From: an uncultured Actinomycetes bacterium
Lineage (GTDB): Bacteria; Actinomycetota; Thermoleophilia; RBG-16-64-13
DNA length: 64,000 bases
Reading direction: 5' to 3'
Assembly: GCA_903873715.1 (NCBI GenBank)
Contig: CAIQPS010000142.1
Span: 1,693-65,692, forward strand
Shown here in pieces: positions 28,020 to 38,445 of this stretch. How positions within the stretch are numbered: position 1 is the first letter of the stretch; each line of letters starts with the position of its first letter. Position numbers and translations under genes: made by a program. The notes beneath the pieces were generated by a model. It saw only the letters and a program-made list of their open reading frames with translations. It did not search any database and was not told where the DNA came from.

Positions 28020-28721
28020 TTATATCCACTGCCGCCGCATAAGGTCGAACCCGGCCTCCCGGAACAAGCGGGCAAGCAGGCACAGCGGCAGGCCCACCAC
28101 GTTGCTGTACTCTCCGCGCACCTCGGTGGCGAACATCCCCGCCAACCCCTGGATGCCGTAGGCGCCGGCCTTGTCCGTCCACTCACCGGAAGCCAGATAG
28201 GCCTCCACCTGAGCCGCGGACAACTCCCCGAAGGTCACGTCGGTCACCGCCGTGGCCACGATAAGACCGGTGGCGGCACCACCCATCTGCCCGGCACCGC
28301 CCGACGGCACGGTGGCGCCCGGCGCGCCCTCGGGCGCCCCGGGACTCCCCAGCCGCATCAACGCGACCCCGGAGACCACCTGGTGGGTCCTGCCCGACAG
28401 GGCCGTGATCATGTCCCGGGCGTCGTCCCGTGAGCCGGGCTTGCCCATCACCCGGTCGCCCAGGGTGACCAACGTGTCGGTCCCGAGGACGAAGGCGCCG
28501 AGCGGCACGCCGGCCGGCAGCGCCGCACCCCGCACCTTGGCGACCGCGTTCGTTGCGGCCAGCGTCACCGCCGTATCTCCGCTCATGACCTCGTCGGCCA
28601 CGGACCGCACGACCTCGTACGGCACCCCCATGTCGCGCAGCAGCGAATGCCGGCGCGGCGATTGCGACGCCAGGAAGAGCCTGAAATCAGGCGGGAACGG
28701 AGGCCGAAGGTCCACCGGCAT
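28020..28721 (-). CDS. maf: Maf-like nucleoside triphosphate pyrophosphatase (septum formation protein Maf)
   Basis: LASQSPRR...GTDT signature of Maf/Ham1 family. It lies upstream of mreB as in Bacillus-type maf-mreBCD clusters. Confidence 0.8.
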   Translation of the reverse strand: MPVDLRPPFPPDFRLFLASQSPRRHSLLRDMGVPYEVVRSVADEVMSGDTAVTLAATNAVAKVRGAALPAGVPLGAFVLGTDTLVTLGDRVMGKPGSRDDARDMITALSGRTHQVVSGVALMRLGSPGAPEGAPGATVPSGGAGQMGGAATGLIVATAVTDVTFGELSAAQVEAYLASGEWTDKAGAYGIQGLAGMFATEVRGEYSNVVGLPLCLLARLFREAGFDLMRRQWI

Positions 28722-28759
28722 TTGACCGATTCGGCGGGATGCGCCTCGTGAGGCCCCGG

Positions 28760-29176
28760 CTACGCGATCAGTTCCTCGGGCGCGAAGAAGAGCCCTATCT
28801 CCCGTTCGGCGCTCTCGGGGCCGTCGGAGCTGTGCACGACGTTCTGCCCCATGTCCAGGGCGAAGTCGCCGCGGACGGTGCCGGGGGCGGCGTTGACGGG
28901 GTTGGTGGCGCCCATCATGGCGCGGACCACCTGGATCGCCGAGGGACCGGCGACGGCCATGGCGAACACCGGACCGGAGGTGATGAAGTCGACGAGGTCC
29001 TTGTAGAAGCCTTTGCCGACATGCTCGGCGTAATGCCGGCTCGCAAGGTCTTCGCTGACCATGAGCATCTTCGCAGCCTTGATCTCGAAGCCCCGGCGCT
29101 CCAGACGGGCCACGACCTCACCCACCAGACCACGAGCCACACCGTTAGGCTTGACCAGCACCAACGTACGTTCCAC
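28760..29176 (-). CDS. ndk: Nucleoside diphosphate kinase
   Basis: [22 protein letters not shown]...NVVHSSDG contains the catalytic His motif (NxxHGSD-type). Confidence 0.9.
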   Translation of the reverse strand: MERTLVLVKPNGVARGLVGEVVARLERRGFEIKAAKMLMVSEDLASRHYAEHVGKGFYKDLVDFITSGPVFAMAVAGPSAIQVVRAMMGATNPVNAAPGTVRGDFALDMGQNVVHSSDGPESAEREIGLFFAPEELIA

Positions 29177-29242
29177 TACTTCCTCCCAGATACTAGGGCG
29201 CGCTTGAGCGCGCGTTGTTGAAAAGCGATGCTACTGGGCGCG

Positions 29243-29776
29243 CTACTGCTGCTGCGGCACCTGCTGCAGCTGCTGTGCCTCGGCGAGCCCGGGAGGGCTC
29301 TCGACCGGCGGTGCCACCCGCCGGGCCTTCAGGTCATGAGCGCAATACGGGCAGAGTTTCCAGCCCGGTTCCAAGACCCGGTCGCACGAAGGACAGGCGG
29401 TGCGCAGCGGCCTGCGGCAGCTGGGGCAGGCCAGGAAGTCCGGCCTGATGATCTCCCCGCAGGACGGGCACGCCCGCAACGTGTGCAACTCCTGCTCCAT
29501 GGCCCGCATCTCCAGTTCGCGCTCGCGCGCGTCGGCGAGATACTCCGCGGGGCGCAGGATGGCGTAGATGAGAGTGCCGATATACGGCAGGAGCAGCGAA
29601 CAGAGAACGGCCACTCCGACGATCACGGGATCGTCGACACGCTTGCGCGCATCCTTGAGAGTCCAGAAGACGAGCACCAACCACAGGACGACAGCGCAGA
29701 ACAGAAGTACGTAGACCGAGAGCATCCAGTACGGGGAACTGATGATCCTGTTGATGGTCTGGAAGAGGTTGTCCAC
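29243..29776 (-). CDS. Membrane protein with two N-terminal TM helices and a C-terminal double zinc-ribbon domain
   Basis: GTG start. TM segments WMLSVYVLLFCAVVLWLVLVFW and VIVGVAVLCSLLLPYIGTLIYAIL, then CPSCG...CPSC...CPSC...CPYC (four CxxC pairs). Confidence 0.5.
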   Translation of the reverse strand: MDNLFQTINRIISSPYWMLSVYVLLFCAVVLWLVLVFWTLKDARKRVDDPVIVGVAVLCSLLLPYIGTLIYAILRPAEYLADARERELEMRAMEQELHTLRACPSCGEIIRPDFLACPSCRRPLRTACPSCDRVLEPGWKLCPYCAHDLKARRVAPPVESPPGLAEAQQLQQVPQQQ

Positions 29777-29912
29777 CTGCTGCCCCCTAGATCAGGACCC
29801 GTGCAAGCACGTAGCCGAGCGTGAAGAATACTACCACCACGATCGCCACAAGCAGCGCGACGACGAACGCCCCATGGCTCGCTCCACCGGCTCTCCGGCG
29901 GGCCGCCATGAC

Positions 29913-31205
29913 CTAGTTCATCCCCCGCTTCAAGTCCGAGATGAGGGTCAGAGACCCGGTCACCAGGACCACCTGGTTCGATGTGGCCAACCGGTACGCG
30001 CTCACCATCGCCGAATGGGGATCGGGGTCCACGAAGACCTCGGTGTCCTTGTCGACCTCGCCGATGAGGGCCGCGAGTTCGTCGGCTGTATGAGCCCGCG
30101 AACTCGTGGTCTGGGTGGCGAAGATGATGTCGCAACGCGGAGCCAGGTGGCGGATCATCTCGGCTGCGTCCTTGTCACGGAGTATCGATACGACGGCGAT
30201 GAGACGCCGCCGCTCGAGGATAGGATCCAAGGAGCGCATGGTCTCTTCCATCCCGGGCGGGTTGTGCGACCCGTCGAAGATGCAGAGAGGCTGCGTGCTG
30301 ATGACTTCGAGGCGCCCCGGGGCCGCCGTGGAGGCCAGGGCCTGCCGGACGAGCTCCCCGTCCAGCTCCCCTCCCGTGAACAGTTCCACCGCTGCCACGG
30401 ACACCGCCGCGTTGACGCGCTGGTATCCGCCCAGCACCTTCAGCTTGACGTCCATGTAGCAGCCGTAGAGGCCGAAGATGTCGAAGGATTCGCCCCGCGG
30501 ATCGGCGAGGATCACGATGTCGTCACCGAAGAAATGGCTCTCCGCATCCCGGGCGGCGCAGAACTGCTTGAGTTCCTCCTTGAGATCGGAGGCCAGCACC
30601 CCGGCCACCACCTTGCCGTGCGGCGGGATGATCGCCTGCTTCTCCTTGAGGATCGCCAGAGGCGTGTCGCCCAGGAGCTCCGTGTGCTCCAGGCCGATGC
30701 TCGTGAGCACCTGCACCTCGGATTCGATGACGGCGGTGGCGTCCAGCCGCCCCCCCAGGCCCGCCTCGATGACGGCCACGTCGCAGCCCTGCTCCTTGAA
30801 GTACAGGAAGGCCGCGGCGGTCAGGACCTCGAACTGGGTCAGCATCTCGTCGGGGGCGAACCCTTTCTCGAGCTCCTCCACAATCGGCCGGATGCGGTGC
30901 ACCAGGTCACAGAAGTCCTCGTCGCTCGACGGGATGGAGTCGACCATCTGCCGTTCGGCCAGGCTCACCAGATGGGGAGACGTGTACGCGCCCACCTTAT
31001 GCCCTTGGGCCTGCAGTAGCGTGGAGATGAAACGAGTGGTGGACGTCTTCCCGTTGGTCCCGACGACGTGGATGCAGCGGTACGACTTGTGCGGAGACCC
31101 GAGGGCCTCCACGAGCTTCTGCATGCGCTCGAGGCCTAGACGAGTGCCGAGGCGCTCGAGGCTGTTGACGTACTCCCAGACCGCGTTGACGTCGCAACTG
31201 CCCAC
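29913..31205 (-). CDS. folC: Bifunctional folylpolyglutamate synthase / dihydrofolate synthase FolC
   Basis: Mur-ligase-family FolC motifs (HVVGTNGKTSTTRFI). The track ORF (to 31970) has a 255-aa Arg/Gly-rich spurious extension. The GTG start at 31205 overlaps the valS stop (TAGTG). Confidence 0.85.
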   Translation of the reverse strand: MGSCDVNAVWEYVNSLERLGTRLGLERMQKLVEALGSPHKSYRCIHVVGTNGKTSTTRFISTLLQAQGHKVGAYTSPHLVSLAERQMVDSIPSSDEDFCDLVHRIRPIVEELEKGFAPDEMLTQFEVLTAAAFLYFKEQGCDVAVIEAGLGGRLDATAVIESEVQVLTSIGLEHTELLGDTPLAILKEKQAIIPPHGKVVAGVLASDLKEELKQFCAARDAESHFFGDDIVILADPRGESFDIFGLYGCYMDVKLKVLGGYQRVNAAVSVAAVELFTGGELDGELVRQALASTAAPGRLEVISTQPLCIFDGSHNPPGMEETMRSLDPILERRRLIAVVSILRDKDAAEMIRHLAPRCDIIFATQTTSSRAHTADELAALIGEVDKDTEVFVDPDPHSAMVSAYRLATSNQVVLVTGSLTLISDLKRGMN

Positions 31206-33898
31206 TAGCGCTCCTCTCCAGGAAGGACCAGACGGCCCCCCACCCGTTCCTCGTAGTGGCGACGGACTTCCTCCAGAGCGGCCTCTGCCGCGGCCAGACG
31301 CGCCCGCTCCTCGGCCACCACGGCTTCCGGCGCCTTGGCCACGAAGCCCTGATTGTTCAGCTTGCCCCCGGCCTTCGCAGCCTCGGCCTGAGCCTTCTTG
31401 GCCTTGCTGATGAGCCGTTCGGCCTCGCGCTCCACGTCCACCAAGCCCTCGAGGTCCAGCATGGCTTTGACGCCCGGCCCGGCGATGGAGGCGAAGCGGC
31501 CGGCGGGCTGCTGCCCTTCGGCCAACACCTCGACGATCTCGCAGCCGGCCAGCTGCCGCACCGATCCGGGAAGCCCGACCAGCGCCGCGGCTGCGCCGGG
31601 CGCGGACTCCATGAGCCGCACCGTGCAGGCGACGTCCCGGGCCAGCCCGAGTTCCTCCCGTGCCGACCGCAGACCGGCCACCACGGCGGTGAACGCTTCC
31701 ATGGCCGCTTCGGCGGCGGCGTCGGCCCACTCGGCCGGCGCGTCGGGGTAGGCGGCATCGAAGATGCTGGCCGGGCGCAGCCCGGCCTGGACCTGCGGCA
31801 GGAAGCTGTAGATCTCCTCGGTGATGAACGGCATCACCGGATGCAGCATCACCATGACGGACTCGAGAAGCGCCAGGAGGTTGCCGCTCACCTGGAGGCG
31901 CTCGGCCGGATCCTCGCTGTAGAGGCGAGCCTTGGCGATCTCCAGATACCAGTCGCACACCTCGTTCCACACGAAGCGATAGAGCGCCCGGGCGACGTCG
32001 TCGAACTGGTACGACTCGTAGAGCGAGGCCGATTCGGCGCTCACGGCGGCCAAGCGACTGAAGATCCAGCGGTCCGCCGGGGTGGCGAGCTCGACCTTGG
32101 GCCCGCCCGCGGCCTGCCCGGCCGCCGGATCGGCGCCCTGGAGGATGAGGCGGGAGGCGTTCCAGATCTTGTTGGCGAAGTTACGGCCCATCTCGATGCG
32201 CTCGGAGCTGAAGCGGACGTCCTGCGCCGAGCTCATGTACGCCAGGCCGAAACGGGTGGCGTCGGTGCCGTAGTCGGCGATGAGTTCCAGCGGGTCGACC
32301 CCGGTCCCCAGGCTCTTGCTCATCCGGCGGCCGTCGGCGGCCAGCACGGTCGGGTGGATGATGACGTCCCTGAACGGCACGTCGCCCATGAACTCCAGGC
32401 CCATCATGATCATCCGCGCCACCCACAGGTAGATGATGTCGCGGGCGGTGGAGAGCACCGTCGTCGGATAGAAGGCCTTGAGCCTGTCGGTCTGCTCCGG
32501 CCAGCCCAGCGTGGCGAACGGCCACAACTGTGAGCTGAACCAGGTATCGAGGACGTCTTCCTCGGCGCGCGCGGAGCCGCCGCACTTGTCGCACTTCTCG
32601 GGCGCGGTGGTGGCCACCATGATGTGGTCGCACTGGTCGCAGAAGTAGGCGGGTATGCGATGCCCCCACCACAGCTGCCGGCTGACGCACCACGGCCGGA
32701 TGCCCCGCATCCATTCGAGGTAGACGTCGCCCCAGCGCTCGGGGAAGAACTTGACCCGGCCGTCCTCCACCGCTTTGATGGCGGGCTCGGCCAGGCGCTT
32801 CATGTCCATGAACCACTGCAGCGACAGCAGCGGCTCGATGGTGGTGCCGCAGCGGTAGCAGGTGCCCACCGCGTGCTTGTAGTCCTCAGCCTTGACGAAG
32901 AGGCCGTCTTCTTCCAGCCGTTTGATGACCGCCTCGCGCGCGTCCGCGGCCGTCATGCCCACGAACTCGCCGGCGTCGGTCGTCATGATGCCGTCCAGGC
33001 CTATCACCGAGATGCTCGGCAGTCCGTGCCGGATACCGATCTCGAAGTCGTCGGGGTCGTGCGCCGGGGTGATCTTGAGGGCGCCGGTGCCGAACCCGAT
33101 GTCCACGTGCTCGTCCGCGATGATGGGCACTTCCCGCCCGATCAGCGGCACGACCGCGAACTTGCCGACCAGCTGTCCATAGCGCGGGTCCTTGGGGTTC
33201 ACGGCCACGGCGGTGTCGCCCAGGATGGTCTCCGGGCGGGTGGTGGCCACGGTCAGGAACAGGTCGGAGCCGGCCACCGGGTACTTCACGTGGTACAGGA
33301 ACGAAGCCCGGTCCTCGTGCTCCACCTCCAGGTCGGAGATGGCGGAGCCGCAGCGGGTACACCAGTTGACCAGGTACACGTCGCGGTAGATGTCGCCCTT
33401 CTTGTAGAGATCCACGAAGACCTTGGCCACCGCCTCGCGGTAGCCGTCATCCATCGTGAAGCGCTCGGATTCATAGTCGCAGGCGCAGCCGAGGCGCTTG
33501 AGTTGGTGGATGATGGTCGACCCGTACTGGTCGCGCCACTTCCACACCCGCTTCTCGAACTCCTCGCGCCCCAGGTCCTCCTTGCGCAGGCCCTCGCCCG
33601 CGAGCTGGCCTTCCACTTTGTTCTGGGTGGCGATACCGGCGTGGTCGGTGCCGACCACCCACAGGGTGTTGTAGCCGCGCAGGTGGTGGTAGCGGGTGAG
33701 GATGTCCTGGATGGTGTCGTTGAGGGCATGCCCCATGTGGAGCGACCCCGTGACGTTCGGCGGTGGGATGGAGATGACGTACGACGGCCGGGGGTCGTCG
33801 GAGGAGGCGCGGAACGCATGACGCGCCAGCCACCCCTGCATCAGACGCTCTTCCACCTCGTGGGGTGCGTAGCGCGCCGCCATGTTCACGTCGGTCAT
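31205..33898 (-). CDS. valS: Valine--tRNA ligase ValS
   Basis: Class I aaRS HMGH (SLHMGHALNDT) and KMSKS motifs, plus a C-terminal coiled coil. The track ORF (to 34642) is over-extended. The ATG of [17 protein letters not shown]... forms an ATGA overlap with the lon stop. An alternative start is MAARYAP, two codons later. Confidence 0.9.
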   Translation of the reverse strand: MTDVNMAARYAPHEVEERLMQGWLARHAFRASSDDPRPSYVISIPPPNVTGSLHMGHALNDTIQDILTRYHHLRGYNTLWVVGTDHAGIATQNKVEGQLAGEGLRKEDLGREEFEKRVWKWRDQYGSTIIHQLKRLGCACDYESERFTMDDGYREAVAKVFVDLYKKGDIYRDVYLVNWCTRCGSAISDLEVEHEDRASFLYHVKYPVAGSDLFLTVATTRPETILGDTAVAVNPKDPRYGQLVGKFAVVPLIGREVPIIADEHVDIGFGTGALKITPAHDPDDFEIGIRHGLPSISVIGLDGIMTTDAGEFVGMTAADAREAVIKRLEEDGLFVKAEDYKHAVGTCYRCGTTIEPLLSLQWFMDMKRLAEPAIKAVEDGRVKFFPERWGDVYLEWMRGIRPWCVSRQLWWGHRIPAYFCDQCDHIMVATTAPEKCDKCGGSARAEEDVLDTWFSSQLWPFATLGWPEQTDRLKAFYPTTVLSTARDIIYLWVARMIMMGLEFMGDVPFRDVIIHPTVLAADGRRMSKSLGTGVDPLELIADYGTDATRFGLAYMSSAQDVRFSSERIEMGRNFANKIWNASRLILQGADPAAGQAAGGPKVELATPADRWIFSRLAAVSAESASLYESYQFDDVARALYRFVWNEVCDWYLEIAKARLYSEDPAERLQVSGNLLALLESVMVMLHPVMPFITEEIYSFLPQVQAGLRPASIFDAAYPDAPAEWADAAAEAAMEAFTAVVAGLRSAREELGLARDVACTVRLMESAPGAAAALVGLPGSVRQLAGCEIVEVLAEGQQPAGRFASIAGPGVKAMLDLEGLVDVEREAERLISKAKKAQAEAAKAGGKLNNQGFVAKAPEAVVAEERARLAAAEAALEEVRRHYEERVGGRLVLPGEER

Positions 33899-36483
33899 TC
33901 TGCTTTCGTCCCCTCCTCGTCGCCGCCAAGTTCCTCGATGCCCTCGAGCACGTGAGGAAGAACGTCGACGTAACTGTCGACATACACGATCTCCAGGCCT
34001 TTCTTGAGCTCCACCGGCAGTTCGTGGATCTCGGGCGCCACCGTGCGCGGAAGCACCACGCGCTGCACGCCCTCGCGCAGAGCCGCGAGCATCTTCTCTT
34101 TGAGACCGCCCACCGGCAGCACCTGGCCGGTCAGCGTGATCTCGCCCGTGAGCGCCACCAACGGCTTCACCGGGATCTGCAGCAGCGCGGACAGCAGGGC
34201 CGTCGCCACCGCGATACCGGCCGACGGGCCCTCCTTGGGCACCGCGCCCTCGGGGAAGTGCATGCGCACTTCCAGCGCCGACAACAGTTCGTGGTCGGAC
34301 GGGAGCGAAGGTTCGCACTCCGCGCCGGGCTCTTCCGGCTTGAAGCCGGCTTCGTCGGACCGTAGGCCGGGCTCGCCGGATCCGGCGGTCTCGATGATGC
34401 GGCCGCCCGGGCGCCGCAGGTCGTTGCCGGCATGGCTGCGGTCCTCTTCCGGAGGCTCGGGCCGCTCGTAGTTGTCCAGAAGGTAGGCGCGCCCGGGGGA
34501 CTCCGCCCACAACGCGTTCAGATTGGGATCGCGGGCGATGGACGTCTTGAGGTAGCCCCACCCGGCGGTGACGCTCTCCTGCATGATCTCGCCCAGTTGC
34601 CCGGTCAGGTGGAAATCGCCCTTGCCCGGGGTGACCACACATTCGATGCGCAACACGTCTCCCCCGGCCCCCGTGTACGCCAGGCCGAGGCTGACACCCA
34701 CCTGAGCCTCGGTGGCCAGGCGGGCGGACAGGAACGGCGCCGGCCCCACCAGGGCGCCGAGTTGTGCCGGGCCCACCCGCTTGGGAAGGTTCTTGCCCTC
34801 CACCTTCATGCGGGCCAAGCGCCGGTACACCTTGCCGATGAGGCGGGAAACCTCGCGGACCCCGGCCTCCCGGGTGTGTTCGCGGATGAGCGCCCGGATG
34901 GCGGCATTGGTGAGCACGTTGCCCAGGTCCTTGAGGCCGCTCTCCTCGGCGATCTTGGGGATGAGATGCCGCGTGGCTATCTCCAGCTTCTCCCGGTCGG
35001 TGTAACCGGGGAGACGGATGACCTCCATGCGGTCGAAGAGCGTCTCGGGGATGTCCTCCTCGTAGTTCGCCGTGGCGATGAAGAAGACGTGCGACAGGTC
35101 GTACTCGAGCTCCAGGTAGTTGTCCCGGAAGGTGCGGTTCTGCACCGGGTCGAGCACTTCCATGAGGGCCGCCGCCGGGTCGCCCCGCCAGTCGGACTCC
35201 ATCTTGTCTATCTCGTCGAGCACGATCACCGGGTCGTCGACGCCGGCGCGTTTGAGCGAGTCGATGATGCGGCCCGGCATGGCGCCCACGTAGGTCTTGC
35301 GGTGCCCGCGGACCTCGCCCTCATCGCGCACGCCACCCAGGCTGATGCGCTGCAGAGGCCGCTCCAGGCCCTTGGCCGTGGCCATGGCCACGGACGTCTT
35401 GCCCACGCCGGGCGGCCCGACCAGGCACAGGATGGCGTTGGGAGGCGTCCCGCCCCGCAGGTTGGCCACCGCCAGATACTCGATGATGCGGTCTTTGACG
35501 CTCTTCAGACCGTAGTGGGTGTCGTCGAGGACCCGCGCCACAGCGGCCACGTCCGGGATGGACGACGCCGAGCGCGCACCCCAGGGCAACCCCAGCGCGG
35601 TGTCGAGATAGGTCTTGGCCACGGCGACCTCGGCCGACAGCGGCGGCAGGTCTGAGAGGCGCTTGATCTCCTTGACGAGCGCCGCATGCGCCGCCTCTGG
35701 CAGCTTCTTGCCCTCGAGCAGCTTCATGTACATGCCACGGTCGGTGTCGTCCTCGCCCTCTTCGCCCAGCTCGTCCTGCAGCACCTTGAGGCGCTCGTGC
35801 AGGAACACCCGGCGTTGCTGGCGCTCGAAACTGTCGTGCACCCGCTCGGAGATCTCGTTCTCGATCGCGATGAACTCGTTCTCCTGGATGAGGGTCTCGA
35901 GCAGCATGAGAAGGCGGGCTTCGGAATCGTCGCCCTCGAGGAGCTCCTGCTTGCGGTCCGGCCCGATCATGAGGTTGGAGGCGATGACGTCCACCATGCT
36001 CTCCGGGTCCGTGACCGTCTCGAGGGCGGTCTCGGCCTCCTCGGGAAGCTGGGGGGTCTGCCCCACGTAGGCCGCGAACTCCCGACCCACCGAGTCCATC
36101 AGGGCCCGCATGCGCGGCCACTTGAGCGGCACCTTGCTCTCGATGGGCGTGTAGGTGACGGTGAACAACGGGTTGGACGTCTCGTACGAGTCGATGGTCA
36201 CCCGCTCGCGGCCCTCGATGAGCGCCTTGAGAGTGCCGTCCGTCAGGCGCGAGAACTGGACCACCTTGGCCAGGGTCCCGATCGTGTGGATGTCTTCAGG
36301 CTCGGGCTCGTCCGTGGCCGCGGACCGTTGGGCGGCCATGACCAGCATGCCTTCGGTCTGTGCGGTCTGCTCGAGGGCGCGGACGCCCTTGTCCCGCTCG
36401 ACGAATATCGGGGCGAGCATGCCCGGGAATAGCACGAGGTCACGCGTCGCAAGGAGCGGGATCGCCCGCTTCGATTCAGCCAT
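33895..36483 (-). CDS. lon: ATP-dependent protease Lon (LonA)
   Basis: 862 aa with the Lon N-domain, an AAA+ module (GPPGVGKTS), and a protease domain with the catalytic Ser motif (KEGPSAGIA). It carries an insertion of about 60 aa ([14 protein letters not shown]...[11 protein letters not shown]) between the AAA+ and protease domains. Confidence 0.9.
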   Translation of the reverse strand: MAESKRAIPLLATRDLVLFPGMLAPIFVERDKGVRALEQTAQTEGMLVMAAQRSAATDEPEPEDIHTIGTLAKVVQFSRLTDGTLKALIEGRERVTIDSYETSNPLFTVTYTPIESKVPLKWPRMRALMDSVGREFAAYVGQTPQLPEEAETALETVTDPESMVDVIASNLMIGPDRKQELLEGDDSEARLLMLLETLIQENEFIAIENEISERVHDSFERQQRRVFLHERLKVLQDELGEEGEDDTDRGMYMKLLEGKKLPEAAHAALVKEIKRLSDLPPLSAEVAVAKTYLDTALGLPWGARSASSIPDVAAVARVLDDTHYGLKSVKDRIIEYLAVANLRGGTPPNAILCLVGPPGVGKTSVAMATAKGLERPLQRISLGGVRDEGEVRGHRKTYVGAMPGRIIDSLKRAGVDDPVIVLDEIDKMESDWRGDPAAALMEVLDPVQNRTFRDNYLELEYDLSHVFFIATANYEEDIPETLFDRMEVIRLPGYTDREKLEIATRHLIPKIAEESGLKDLGNVLTNAAIRALIREHTREAGVREVSRLIGKVYRRLARMKVEGKNLPKRVGPAQLGALVGPAPFLSARLATEAQVGVSLGLAYTGAGGDVLRIECVVTPGKGDFHLTGQLGEIMQESVTAGWGYLKTSIARDPNLNALWAESPGRAYLLDNYERPEPPEEDRSHAGNDLRRPGGRIIETAGSGEPGLRSDEAGFKPEEPGAECEPSLPSDHELLSALEVRMHFPEGAVPKEGPSAGIAVATALLSALLQIPVKPLVALTGEITLTGQVLPVGGLKEKMLAALREGVQRVVLPRTVAPEIHELPVELKKGLEIVYVDSYVDVLPHVLEGIEELGGDEEGTKAE

Positions 36484-36535
36484 CTCTTGTCCCGCCCTTA
36501 CCGACTCGGTCCGAGTCCCGCCAGCCGCGCTGGGG

Positions 36536-37807
36536 TCACGCGGACTCTTGTCCCAGTTCCAGGTCCTCGCGCGCGGTGCTCGTCACAAGCGTGGGGTCGA
36601 TCCTCTTCTCGATGACCTCCCGGGTGACGACACACTTGGTGACGTCGCGCCGGCTGGGAAGCTCGAACATCGTGTTGAGAAGCGCCGCCTCGATGATGGA
36701 GCGCAAACCGCGAGCCCCGGTCTCAAGCTTGAGAGCCTGCTCCGCGATGGCGTCGAGCGCTTCCTTCTGGAAGATGAGGTCCACCCCGTCGAAGGCGAAG
36801 AACTTGTGGTACTGCTTGGTGAGCGCGTTCTTCGGCTCGGTGAGGATGGACACGAGGTCCTCCTGGCGGAGCTGGTGCACGTTGCAGATGACGGGCAGGC
36901 GCCCGATGAACTCGGGGATGAGGCCGAATTCGAGAAGATCCTCGGGCAACACCTGGGCGAACAGCTCGCCGATGTCCCGCTGGTTCTTGCTCTCGATCTC
37001 CGCGCCGAAGCCCACGCCCTTCTTGCCGATGCGCCGTTCGATGAGCTTCTCGAGGCCGGCGAAGGCGCCACCACAGATGAACAGGATGTTCGTGGTGTCG
37101 ATGGTGAGGAACTCCTGGTGCGGATGCTTGCGCCCGCCCTGCGGCGGGACGCTGGCCGTGGTGCCTTCCAGGATCTTCAGCAGGGCCTGCTGCACGCCCT
37201 CGCCCGAGACGTCCCGGGTGATGGACGGGTTGTCGGCCTTGCGGGCGATCTTGTCGACCTCGTCGATGTAGATGATGCCGGTCTCGGCCTTCTTGATGTC
37301 GAAGTCCGCGGCCTGGATGAGCTTGAGGAGGATGTTCTCCACGTCCTCGCCCACGTAGCCGGCCTCGGTGAGAGCGGTGGCGTCGGCGATGGCGAACGGC
37401 ACGTTGAGGATGCGGGCCAGCGTCTGCGCAAGCAGGGTCTTGCCGCACCCGGTAGGGCCGAGCAGGAGGATGTTCGACTTCTGCAGCTCCACCCCGTCTT
37501 CCGACTGGGTGCCCATCTGCACGCGCTTGTAGTGGTTGTAGACCGCCACGGACAGCGCGCGCTTGGCCTCTTCCTGGCCGATGACGTAGTCCGACAGGAT
37601 CCCGTAGATCTCTTTCGGCTTCGGCAGGTTGTCGAGGTCAAGGGTCGCCGGAGGCGAGAACTCCTCGTCGATGATCTCGTTGCAGAGGTCGATGCACTCG
37701 TCGCAGATGTAGACGCCCGGCCCCGCGATCAGTTTCTTGACCTGGCGCTGGCTCTTGCCACAGAAGCTGCAGAGGAGCTGTTCGGATCCTCCTGGCGGTT
37801 TCGGCAC
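36536..37807 (-). CDS. clpX: ATP-dependent Clp protease ATP-binding subunit ClpX
   Basis: C4 zinc finger (CSFCGKS...CDEC), Walker A (GPTGCGKT), and the IGF-like loop. Confidence 0.9.
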   Translation of the reverse strand: MPKPPGGSEQLLCSFCGKSQRQVKKLIAGPGVYICDECIDLCNEIIDEEFSPPATLDLDNLPKPKEIYGILSDYVIGQEEAKRALSVAVYNHYKRVQMGTQSEDGVELQKSNILLLGPTGCGKTLLAQTLARILNVPFAIADATALTEAGYVGEDVENILLKLIQAADFDIKKAETGIIYIDEVDKIARKADNPSITRDVSGEGVQQALLKILEGTTASVPPQGGRKHPHQEFLTIDTTNILFICGGAFAGLEKLIERRIGKKGVGFGAEIESKNQRDIGELFAQVLPEDLLEFGLIPEFIGRLPVICNVHQLRQEDLVSILTEPKNALTKQYHKFFAFDGVDLIFQKEALDAIAEQALKLETGARGLRSIIEAALLNTMFELPSRRDVTKCVVTREVIEKRIDPTLVTSTAREDLELGQESA

Positions 37808-37819
37808 GAGTGCGACCCC

Positions 37820-38404
37820 CTACCTGTGCTCGATGATCTTGTCGACGATCCCGTACGCCAGCGACTCTTCGGCCGTCATGAAGTAATCCCGGTCGGTGTC
37901 CTTGCTCACTTTCTCGAACTCCTGACCCGTGTGCTTGGCGAGGATCTCGTCCAGCCGCTTGCGCAGGCTGAGCGCCTCGCGGGCGTGGATCTCGATGTCC
38001 GTCGCCGGACCTTCGAAGCCGCCCGACACCTGGTGGATCAGTATCTTCGAGTTCGGCAGCGCGAACCGTTTACCTTTAGCCCCGCCCGCCAGGAGCAGTG
38101 CGCCCATGGACATGGCGATGCCCACGCAGATCGTCGAGACGTCCGGCTTGATGAACTGCATGGTGTCGTAGATGGCCAGACCGGCGTACACGCTGCCGCC
38201 CGGGCTGTTGATGTACAGCGAGATGTCCTTGTCGGGATCCTCGGACTCGAGGTGCAGCAACTGCGCCACCACCAGGTTGGCCACCTGGTCGTTGACGGCG
38301 CTGCCAAGGAATATGATGCGCTCGCTGAGCAGGCGCGAATAGATATCGAACGCGCGTTCGCCTCGGCTGGTCTGTTCGACCACCATCGGTATGAGTGGGC
38401 TCAC
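37820..38404 (-). CDS. clpP: ATP-dependent Clp protease proteolytic subunit ClpP
   Basis: 194 aa with the Ser-His-Asp catalytic triad context ([11 protein letters not shown]...). There is a single clpP copy. Confidence 0.9.
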   Translation of the reverse strand: MSPLIPMVVEQTSRGERAFDIYSRLLSERIIFLGSAVNDQVANLVVAQLLHLESEDPDKDISLYINSPGGSVYAGLAIYDTMQFIKPDVSTICVGIAMSMGALLLAGGAKGKRFALPNSKILIHQVSGGFEGPATDIEIHAREALSLRKRLDEILAKHTGQEFEKVSKDTDRDYFMTAEESLAYGIVDKIIEHR

Positions 38405-38445
38405 GGCAACCGTCCTTTCTGCGTGATGCTGTCGCGCAGCGGGAC

